DNA from: Patescibacteria group bacterium
GTDB taxonomy: Bacteria > Patescibacteriota > Patescibacteriia > Patescibacteriales > UBA12465
Assembly: GCA_038245255.1 (NCBI GenBank)
Contig: JBBRSQ010000002.1
Location: 1 to 52,830 of the forward strand
Length of the DNA stretch: 52,830 nt
Direction of reading: 5' to 3'
Position 1 is the stretch's first letter. Each line of letters begins with the position of its first letter. Below are positions 29,612-37,402 of this stretch, one piece after another. Below the pieces are notes generated by a model. It saw nothing but the letters and a program-made list of their open reading frames with translations. It had not been told where the DNA came from and ran no database searches. The translations under genes and the position numbers were made by a program.

Positions 29612-31747
29612 TTACTTAGTTTTTAACGGCAGCGCAGATGCAATCGGCGGATGAACAGTAAAATACCAGCTAAGAATATCGCGAGCAATCGGAGCCGCAA
29701 TAGTACTTCCCTCAACGCCTTCTTCAACTAAAACCGTAATCACAAGCTCCGGTTTTTCATAAGGAGCAAAGCCAATAAACCAGGCATGATTGCCTTTTGT
29801 TGAAGACCACTGAGCGGTTCCCGTTTTACCAGCGACTGGAACCGGTACAATACTTAGCGAGCGCGCACTACCAGCAGTAATAGTTTGACGCATGCCCTCG
29901 CGAACAATTTGTAAATTAGCGCTATCAATAAAATTAGAACGAATAATTTGTGGAGCAACTTCCTTAACAACCTGATTATTAGTGTCTAAAATTTTACTGA
30001 CCAAATGGGGCTGATAAAGTGTGCCACCGTTAGCAATCGCAGCTGTATAATTAGCCACTTGAAGTGGCGTCACAATAACGTCGCCTTGTCCGATAGCAAA
30101 ATGATAAGTATCGCCGATATACCAAGGTTCATGTTTAGTTTCTTCTTTCCAGGCTTGTGTCGGCACAAAACCTTTTCGCTCACCGTGTAAATCAATTCCA
30201 GTTAATTCTCCGAGTCCGAACAAGCGCGAATATTTTACCAAGCCGGTTAAGCCCAGTCCTTTAAAATCTCCGAAACCCCCGCCAATATAATAAAAGAAGG
30301 TATTAACTGATTCTGCGAGTGCTTTACGAACATTTGTTATACCATGTCCGCCCCCTTTCCAGTCCGGAAAAAACCACTCGCCAATTCTCAAACCCCCATT
30401 ACTTAAGAAACTAGTCGTTTCTGTAATAATCTTTTCTTGAAGAGCACCGGCTGCAAAAATCGGTTTAATTGTTGAGCCCGACGGAAATTCGCCACTAATT
30501 GAACGATTAAATAAGGGCTGATTTTTGTCATTTAAAAATTTATCATATTCAGTTTGGCTAATTCCCTTCGCAAATAAATTATTATCATAAGCCGGCAAAG
30601 AAACTAAAGCTAAAATTTCGCCATTATTTGGATTCATAATAATTACCGATGCGCGGTGCAGGCCAGCTTTTTCAATATAGCTCTTCGTAATTTCTTCGGC
30701 TTTTTCTTGAAGATCTAAATCAAGTGACAATAATAAATTAGAGCCATCAACTGCGGGAACTTCATTGATTGTCTTTTTTTGGCGCCCGAGAGCATCAACC
30801 TCGATATTTTTCGAACCGGCCTTCCCTTTTAATTCTTTTTCCCAAGAATATTCTAAACCGGCTTTCCCAATATAATCAATTAAAGAATAGTCTTTGCCCA
30901 TGCTTGCCAACTCCGCATCGTTAATTTTTCCGGTGTAACCTAAGATGTGGGATAAGCTATTTTCCCCAATTACAGTCGCGGTTGTAGTGGCCGATGGTAA
31001 AAGATATTCGCGTCTAATTTTACTTGATAAAAATACGCCCGGCCAGCTTGGGAGCTCGATTTCCATTAACATCGCTTTATCATAATCAATATTGTCCGCA
31101 ATAAATAGAGGTTGGTACGATTCGAGAGAGCCGATCTTTATGCTCGAAAGAGCATCTTTTATTTTATAAAATGACGAATTATCACTAATTAGGTCAAGGT
31201 CCCCACCGGATTTTGTCCCTAAAGTAGTATTAATGCTTAAAGAAGATTTGGTTTCATCAAGAACGTAACTAATTTTACGGATTAGTTCATCACGAACCAA
31301 CTCATTCTTTGGCAAATCAATCGGTCGAAGATAGAGAACAAAATTCGCTTTATTACGCACCAATGGTTGCAAGCCCTGCGCATAAATAATGCCTCTTTTC
31401 GGTTCAATTGTTTCTGATCGTAAGCGATTACCTTCGGATAGAAGTCGATAATAATCGCTTTTAATAACTTGAAGCCAGACTGAGCGGCTAATAATAATTA
31501 CCATGACGACAAAAACAAAAAGAGCAAAATATTTTAATTTAGCAAAATTAAATGTTCGACTAACCGTCTCTTTTTGGCCACTATCAGACAAAAATGATTG
31601 TTCTGTCCAATCGGAATAGTAAAAAGAGTCCTTTAACTCACCATATTTAAAACTGCCCTCTGAAATTGAAAAAGGGTCAACATTTTTGTCGCGCAAAGCT
31701 TCTAATGATTCACTTTTATGAGCAATTTTGAATATTTTTGACATCAT
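29612..31747 (-). CDS. mrdA: Penicillin-binding protein 2 (class B transpeptidase)
   Basis: SxxK (SGSTIKP), SxN (ESVNT) and KTG (GKTGTA). Single TM after a cytoplasmic tail of about 70 aa. The track start at 31786 is TTG; ATG codons are at 31747 and 31744. Confidence 0.85.
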   Translation of the reverse strand: MMSKIFKIAHKSESLEALRDKNVDPFSISEGSFKYGELKDSFYYSDWTEQSFLSDSGQKETVSRTFNFAKLKYFALFVFVVMVIIISRSVWLQVIKSDYYRLLSEGNRLRSETIEPKRGIIYAQGLQPLVRNKANFVLYLRPIDLPKNELVRDELIRKISYVLDETKSSLSINTTLGTKSGGDLDLISDNSSFYKIKDALSSIKIGSLESYQPLFIADNIDYDKAMLMEIELPSWPGVFLSSKIRREYLLPSATTTATVIGENSLSHILGYTGKINDAELASMGKDYSLIDYIGKAGLEYSWEKELKGKAGSKNIEVDALGRQKKTINEVPAVDGSNLLLSLDLDLQEKAEEITKSYIEKAGLHRASVIIMNPNNGEILALVSLPAYDNNLFAKGISQTEYDKFLNDKNQPLFNRSISGEFPSGSTIKPIFAAGALQEKIITETTSFLSNGGLRIGEWFFPDWKGGGHGITNVRKALAESVNTFFYYIGGGFGDFKGLGLTGLVKYSRLFGLGELTGIDLHGERKGFVPTQAWKEETKHEPWYIGDTYHFAIGQGDVIVTPLQVANYTAAIANGGTLYQPHLVSKILDTNNQVVKEVAPQIIRSNFIDSANLQIVREGMRQTITAGSARSLSIVPVPVAGKTGTAQWSSTKGNHAWFIGFAPYEKPELVITVLVEEGVEGSTIAAPIARDILSWYFTVHPPIASALPLKTK

Positions 31748-31807
31748 ATCAATAATAATAGTATCCCGAATTAGCGAGAAAGGCAAACAGCTTAAGGCTA
31801 TCTAGAG

Positions 31808-31816
31808 TTATCCACA
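31808..31816 (+). promoter_or_regulatory. Single consensus DnaA box
   Basis: Exact TTATCCACA in the divergent PBP2 / response-regulator intergenic region. Confidence 0.35.
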
Positions 31817-32008
31817 CATACTAAAAAACTTTAGATTTTCTTTATCCTGTTTAATATATAATAAATAAAACATAAAGAGGAAAAGCTTAAAAGACATCAT
31901 TTTAAAAAACATCGGTTTCTTGATGTAAAAAACCTCTGCTCTCATTAATACGTAGCCGAGGCAATTTTATTGTAAATTTTGTGATATTTATATAAAATAT
32001 AAAAATAT

Positions 32009-32680
32009 ATGCCTTTGCTTCTCATTGAAGATGACCCAAATTTAATTCTCTCGTTATCGCTTATTCTAAATAATGCTGGTTTTAAAACTGACTCGGCCTC
32101 AGATGGCCCCGAAGGACTTGAACTAGCACGTTCAGTTAATTACGATCTAATTCTTCTTGATTGTAATTTACCGAACCTAAGCGGGTTTGAAATAGTTAAA
32201 CGCTTACGAGCGGAAAAATGTTTTACGCCCATAATGATTCTAACCGTTTTAGATGAATTAAACGATAAAATTACATTGTTTAATTTGGGTGCAGATGATT
32301 ATTTAATTAAGCCTTTTGCTGTCACCGAATTATTAGCTCGTATCCGAGCACTTTTACGTCGACCTCGCAATTTGCCGGGAGAAGTTTTGCGAATCGGAAA
32401 TCTCGAGCTTGATGCTGATAGATTTTCGGTCACAAAAAAAGGAGTTCGCATTCCCATGTCCGCTCGCGAGTTTTCTCTTCTCGAGTATTTAATGCTCAAC
32501 AAAGGTAAATTTTTATCTCGCCAAAGTATTCTTGATAAAGTCTGGGATGAAAATGCTGATCCCTTTTCTAATACCATTGAGGTTCATATTATGAATATCC
32601 GAAAGAAGATTGAAACGGATACTGAACACTATATATTTACTGCTTCTAATCGAGGTTATAAAGTCGATTCTGAAAAATAA
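32009..32680 (+). CDS. OmpR/PhoB-family response regulator
   Basis: Receiver domain (LLIEDD..., DLILLDCNLP, ADDYLIKPF) plus a C-terminal winged-helix (EFSLLEYLM, VWDE, IEVHIMNIRKKI, RGYKV). Confidence 0.9.
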   Translation: MPLLLIEDDPNLILSLSLILNNAGFKTDSASDGPEGLELARSVNYDLILLDCNLPNLSGFEIVKRLRAEKCFTPIMILTVLDELNDKITLFNLGADDYLIKPFAVTELLARIRALLRRPRNLPGEVLRIGNLELDADRFSVTKKGVRIPMSAREFSLLEYLMLNKGKFLSRQSILDKVWDENADPFSNTIEVHIMNIRKKIETDTEHYIFTASNRGYKVDSEK

Positions 32681-32682
32681 AT

Positions 32683-34062
32683 ATGAGGATAATTAAATTG
32701 TTCAAAGAAGTAACCGAGCCGCGACAAGAAAATGAAGATGCGAAGCGAAAAGAGTTAATTGTAAACACTATTATCGTCTTTTCACTGATTGGTTTTTTTT
32801 TCCTTAACATAATTAAAATTATTGATTGCTCCGTATATAATAACAAGTGCGGGTTGCCGCTCTGGATAACGTTATTTATTTTTTTATTCTTTTTTATTCT
32901 TTTACAACTCAGCTATCATGGTTGGTTAAAAACAGTTTCTAGCTTTCTAATTATCATTTTCGCCTTGCCAATGTTTTATTCCTACTATATTTGGGGGGCT
33001 GACCTGCCAGCAGCGCTCTTGCTTAGCATTTTAGTTATCGTTTTATCAGGAATCTTACTCGGAGCGCGCTTAGCATTTATAAGCACCCTTTTTATCGCTA
33101 CAACCTTAATATATTTAGCTAGCCAACAATCTCGAGGCTTAATTTCAGTTCAAAGTTATTGGCGTAGTCAGCCTGTTCAATTAGAAGATGTTATTAGCTC
33201 AATAATAATACTATCAATTATTTCTCTTGTCGCTTGGCTATTCTGCCGAGAAATAAATCGATCGTTAAAAAGAGCACTAACTAGTGAGTCTTTACTCAAA
33301 CAAGAACGAGATTTACTTGAAATTAAAGTTGAGATCAGAACACAAGAATTGCGTGAACTCGAATCAGACAAAATTAATCAGCTATACCGCTTTGCTGAAT
33401 TCGGTCGCCTTTCTTCAGGCATTTTCCATGACTTAATTAATCCTCTGTGTGCTGTCTCCTTGAACCTCGAGCAAATTAATACCGAGACAAACTTAAAAAT
33501 TATGAGTGCTAAATCACATTTAGCTCAGGCAATTTTAGCAACAAATAGAATGGAAAGCTTAATTTCTAGCATAAAAAGCCAGATTTCACGTGAAAGCGTA
33601 ATTACTGAATTCTCCTTAAACCAAGAAATTAGTCAAATCATTCAGATCCTCTCTTATAAGGCCGGCCGCGCTCATGTTAAGCTAGACTTCATATGCCCTG
33701 ATGAAATTAAGTTAACTGGTGATGGTCTCAAATTCGGTCAAATTATCGCCAATCTCACGTCTAACGCGATTGAGGCCTGTGAAAAAGAACAAATTAAGTT
33801 TGTTCGCATTAAACTTATTGAGCGCGAAACAAAGATAAGACTTACGGTCACAGATAGCGGTGAAGGAATTTCGCCCGAAAACCTACAAATGATATTTCTT
33901 CCATTCTTTAGTACAAAAAAGGCAATCGGCCAAGGATTAGGGCTAGGCTTGTCTTCGACTAAGAATATAATTGAAAAAGATTTTAGCGGCGAAATTAAGG
34001 TAATAAGCTCAGTAGCGGGAGGAACAACTTTTATTATAGACATCCCAAAAAAAGTTGCTTAA
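32683..34062 (+). CDS. Membrane sensor histidine kinase (about 6 TM, no large extracytoplasmic domain)
   Basis: H-box SSGIFHDLINPL, N-box IIANLTSNAIEA, and G-boxes DSGEGI and GQGLGLGLS. Starts 2 nt after the regulator stop. Confidence 0.85.
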   Translation: MRIIKLFKEVTEPRQENEDAKRKELIVNTIIVFSLIGFFFLNIIKIIDCSVYNNKCGLPLWITLFIFLFFFILLQLSYHGWLKTVSSFLIIIFALPMFYSYYIWGADLPAALLLSILVIVLSGILLGARLAFISTLFIATTLIYLASQQSRGLISVQSYWRSQPVQLEDVISSIIILSIISLVAWLFCREINRSLKRALTSESLLKQERDLLEIKVEIRTQELRELESDKINQLYRFAEFGRLSSGIFHDLINPLCAVSLNLEQINTETNLKIMSAKSHLAQAILATNRMESLISSIKSQISRESVITEFSLNQEISQIIQILSYKAGRAHVKLDFICPDEIKLTGDGLKFGQIIANLTSNAIEACEKEQIKFVRIKLIERETKIRLTVTDSGEGISPENLQMIFLPFFSTKKAIGQGLGLGLSSTKNIIEKDFSGEIKVISSVAGGTTFIIDIPKKVA

Positions 34063-34141
34063 ACACAAAATTATTATTTATTACCTCGCATATAAATGCC
34101 ACCGCTTAATGACGTTCGCCAGTAGTTGAAAAATAGAAAAT

Positions 34142-34171
34142 AGTGTTATAATAAATATGTATTATAACACT
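34142..34171. promoter_or_regulatory. Perfect 11-bp palindrome overlapping an extended -10 element upstream of mgtA
   Basis: AGTGTTATAAT-N8-ATTATAACACT. The left arm contains TGtTATAAT (34144-34152). The mgtA ATG is at 34179. Confidence 0.5.
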
Positions 34172-34178
34172 TATAAAT

Positions 34179-36692
34179 ATGCAAAAAATAAGCCTTGCGG
34201 AAGTAAAAAATCTTTCCTTGAAAGAACTATTCACTCTAACTGAATCAAGCCTTAAGGGGCTTAGTACTCAAGAAGCAGTTAAACGTTCAAAAATATTTGG
34301 CTATAACCAGATCGCTGGTGCTAAAAAGATTAATCAAGTTTTAAAATTTTTAAGTTACTTTAAGAATCCGCTAATTTTAATACTTATTGGCGCCGCTCTG
34401 GTTTCCGGGTTAACCGGCGAAATGCACAGCATGATAATTATTTTGATCATGATTCTTCTAAGTGTTGTCTTAAACTTCTACCAGGAACAAAAATCTGATA
34501 AAGCCGCTGAGAAAATTGCCCAAAGAATTGCTATTCGCGCCCAAATACTTAGAGATAAAAAACAGCAAGAGTTAGAAACTAAATATATTGTACCTGGAGA
34601 TATTATTTATCTTGCGGCCGGGGATATCGCTCCAGCGGATGGAAAAATAATTAATGCTACTGACTTCTTTCTCAATGAATCAAGTTTAACTGGTGAAAGT
34701 TTGCCCGTTGAAAAAGACGCCGCCGAAAACAATATTATTTACTCAGGTACTAATGTTGTTTCTGGTTTCGGGCAATTTTTAGTAACCGCCATTAGCCTGG
34801 ATACAGAGTTTGGTAAAATAGCGCAAAAAATAGCGCGACCAGAAAATGAAAATGCTTTTGAAAAAGGCATAAAAAGTTTCGGTTTTCTAATCATCCGTGT
34901 AATCGCCTTAATAGTTGGCATAATATTTTTAATTAACGCAATTTTAAATAAAGGTTTGCTTGATTCTTTTTTGTTTGCGCTTGCGGTTGCTGTCGGTGTT
35001 ACGCCAGAGCTACTGCCAATGATAATGAGCGTTAATATGTCTAAAGGAGCCATGAAAATGGCAAAAAATGGCGTCTTGGTCAAACGTTTGAATTCAATTC
35101 CTACTTTTGGCTCAATGGATATTCTCTGCACTGACAAAACCGGCACCCTGACTCAAGATAAAATTACTGTTATTAAACATGTCGATATTTTTGGTGCCGA
35201 ATCACTGACAGTTTTAAAATCAGCCTACATAAACGGCTATTTTGAAACGGGGATTAAAAGCATTCTCGATCGCGCAATTTTAGATTATAAAAGCCATGAT
35301 ATTTCTGATTGTCTAAAAATTGATGAACTTCCATATGATTTTTATAGAAAAAGAACTTCGGTTATTTATGAAAAACAAAATGTACTAACAATGGTAACTA
35401 AGGGAGCGCCTGAAGAAATATTTAAAATAAGTTCCCACTATTTAGACGGCGAAATAAGAAAACCTTTAACTTTAAAAATTCTAAATCAGGTTAAAGAACT
35501 TTATGACGAACTAAGCAGTGAGGGTTTAAGAATTTTAGCAATTGCTGAAAAAAATATTACTGAAAAAAAAGAACGCTATTACGCCAGCGAAGAAAGCGGG
35601 CTTACCTTGCGCGGTTTTATGGCCTTCTATGATCCGCCAAAAGAAGACGTTAAAGAGACTCTAATATTTATGAAAGCGCACGGTATCGACATAAAAATCC
35701 TTACCGGTGACAGCCCTCTGGTTACAAAAAAAATCTGTCATGATTTAAATTTAGAAGTTAAAGGAATAATAACAGGCGAAGAATTAGATTTAAATGTTCT
35801 CAGTGACGAGGAGATATTTAAAAAAATTAATTCGGCCACAATTTGCGCTCGTCTGTCGCCAAGCCAAAAAGAAAAAATTATTACCGAGTTAAAACGACAC
35901 GGTTTAGTAGTTGGCTATCTCGGTGATGGCATTAACGACGCGCCCTCACTAAAGGCAGCTGATGTCGGCATTTCTGTCGATAATGCCGTTGATATTGCCA
36001 AAGAAACCGCCGATATTATTCTTTTACAAAAAGGCTTAAAAGAATTAATGCAAGGAGTTATTGAAGGCCGAAAAACTTTCGGTAATACCATGAAATATTT
36101 ACTCATGGTTTTAAGTTCTAACTTTGGGAACATGTTTTCTTTAATCGGAGCGAGTTTATTTTTACCTTTCTTCCCGATGACAGCTGGCCAGATCTTGCTC
36201 AATAATTTTATTTATGACACATCACAACTAACAATTCCGACTGACCATATCGACAAAGAATATTTAGACAAACCAAAACATTGGGACATTAATTTTATCA
36301 AAAAATATATGATAATTTTTGGTCCAATCAGTTCTGTTTTTGATCTCCTCACTTTTTACATATTATTTTCTGTGTTTCATTTTAATGTGGCCACCTTCCA
36401 AGCGGGTTGGTTTATAGAATCTCTGGCCACTCAGACTTTTGTAATTTATATTATTCGCACTCAAAAAATTCCTTTCATTCAATCTCGACCCAGCAAATAT
36501 TTAGTAATGTCGACCCTTGGCGCCGTCCTTGTTAGTTTCCTTTTGACTCAAGATGGCGTCGGTAAATTCTTTGGCTTCTCACCGCTCCCTTGGTATGCGC
36601 TTGTAGTAATATTTGCAATTGTTATCGTTTACTTACTGACGGTTGAAGTCGTTAAACAAATGTTTTATAAAAGAATGGTCGTCAAAAATTAA
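34179..36692 (+). CDS. mgtA: Mg2+-importing P-type ATPase (MgtA/MgtB-like, P3B)
   Basis: CTDKTGTLT, TGDSPLV, GDGINDAPSLKAADVG, and the MgtA-type segment LLNNFIYDTSQLTIPTD. Confidence 0.75.
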   Translation: MQKISLAEVKNLSLKELFTLTESSLKGLSTQEAVKRSKIFGYNQIAGAKKINQVLKFLSYFKNPLILILIGAALVSGLTGEMHSMIIILIMILLSVVLNFYQEQKSDKAAEKIAQRIAIRAQILRDKKQQELETKYIVPGDIIYLAAGDIAPADGKIINATDFFLNESSLTGESLPVEKDAAENNIIYSGTNVVSGFGQFLVTAISLDTEFGKIAQKIARPENENAFEKGIKSFGFLIIRVIALIVGIIFLINAILNKGLLDSFLFALAVAVGVTPELLPMIMSVNMSKGAMKMAKNGVLVKRLNSIPTFGSMDILCTDKTGTLTQDKITVIKHVDIFGAESLTVLKSAYINGYFETGIKSILDRAILDYKSHDISDCLKIDELPYDFYRKRTSVIYEKQNVLTMVTKGAPEEIFKISSHYLDGEIRKPLTLKILNQVKELYDELSSEGLRILAIAEKNITEKKERYYASEESGLTLRGFMAFYDPPKEDVKETLIFMKAHGIDIKILTGDSPLVTKKICHDLNLEVKGIITGEELDLNVLSDEEIFKKINSATICARLSPSQKEKIITELKRHGLVVGYLGDGINDAPSLKAADVGISVDNAVDIAKETADIILLQKGLKELMQGVIEGRKTFGNTMKYLLMVLSSNFGNMFSLIGASLFLPFFPMTAGQILLNNFIYDTSQLTIPTDHIDKEYLDKPKHWDINFIKKYMIIFGPISSVFDLLTFYILFSVFHFNVATFQAGWFIESLATQTFVIYIIRTQKIPFIQSRPSKYLVMSTLGAVLVSFLLTQDGVGKFFGFSPLPWYALVVIFAIVIVYLLTVEVVKQMFYKRMVVKN

Positions 36693-36693
36693 T

Positions 36694-37380
36694 ATGGATA
36701 ATATGGTTCTCTCAATTATAATTCCAGTATTCAATGAAGAAAAGATAATCGCTGAATATTTACCACGTGTTTTCGGCTTATCTCTAAAGAAAGAAATTAT
36801 TATTATTGACGACGGCTCGACGGACGGAACACTGAAAGTTTTAAAAGATTTAAAACTTAAATATGAATTTAAATTAATAGGGCAAACTTATAATCAAGGT
36901 AAAGGAGCAGCAATTAAACGCGGACTAAGCGAAGTCACTGGAGATTATTTTATAGTTTGTGACGCCGATGCTGAATACGATCCTGAAGATATTATTTTTT
37001 TATATAATAAAATAATAAAACTAGATTCTGAACAAACAGTAATTTACGGTTCACGCTTTCTATTAAATAGGCATTTCAGTTTTCATTTTTTTGTTAATCA
37101 TTTTTTAACTGTTTTAACTAATATTCTTTTTCATAGTCATTTAACTGATATGGAAACCTGCTTCAAGTTAATTCCAAGTTCAGCTTTAAAAAAAATAAAA
37201 CTGAGCGGCGGACGCTTTGAAATAGAACCAGAAATTACGGCGCAACTATTAAAAGCTCATTTTAATATAATTGAAGTTCCAATTAGTTATATTCGTCGAA
37301 GTTATAGTGAGGGGAAAAAAATAAAAGCCCGCGACGGGCTTTTAGCGATTAAAACTTTAATTAAGGAAAAAATAAATTAG
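36694..37380 (+). CDS. GT2 polyprenyl-phosphate glycosyltransferase (DPM1/DPG-synthase-like)
   Basis: SIIIPVFNEE, IIIDDGSTDGT, NQGKGAAIKRG, CDADAEYDP and TDMETCFKL. ATG at 36694, 1 nt after the mgtA stop; the track start at 36643 is TTG inside mgtA. Confidence 0.8.
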   Translation: MDNMVLSIIIPVFNEEKIIAEYLPRVFGLSLKKEIIIIDDGSTDGTLKVLKDLKLKYEFKLIGQTYNQGKGAAIKRGLSEVTGDYFIVCDADAEYDPEDIIFLYNKIIKLDSEQTVIYGSRFLLNRHFSFHFFVNHFLTVLTNILFHSHLTDMETCFKLIPSSALKKIKLSGGRFEIEPEITAQLLKAHFNIIEVPISYIRRSYSEGKKIKARDGLLAIKTLIKEKIN

Positions 37381-37402
37381 ACTAATTTTTAACTTTTAAA
37401 TA

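Noticed and set aside
31787-32008. Possible replication origin, suggested by an AT-rich 222-bp gap with a perfect DnaA box.
   Set aside because: There is only one consensus box, no dnaA or dnaN nearby and no cluster of boxes or obvious DUE repeats. It is retained only as a low-interest regulatory note.
34063-34178. M-box or mgtA-leader type Mg2+ riboswitch upstream of mgtA.
   Set aside because: The gap is only 116 nt, which is too short for an M-box or the enterobacterial mgtA leader, and I see no matching conserved segments. Only the palindrome is reported.
34739-35146. 135-aa antisense ORF inside mgtA (also 35915-36202).
   Set aside because: It is a shadow of a well-supported P-type ATPase frame that contains DKTGTLT and other motifs.
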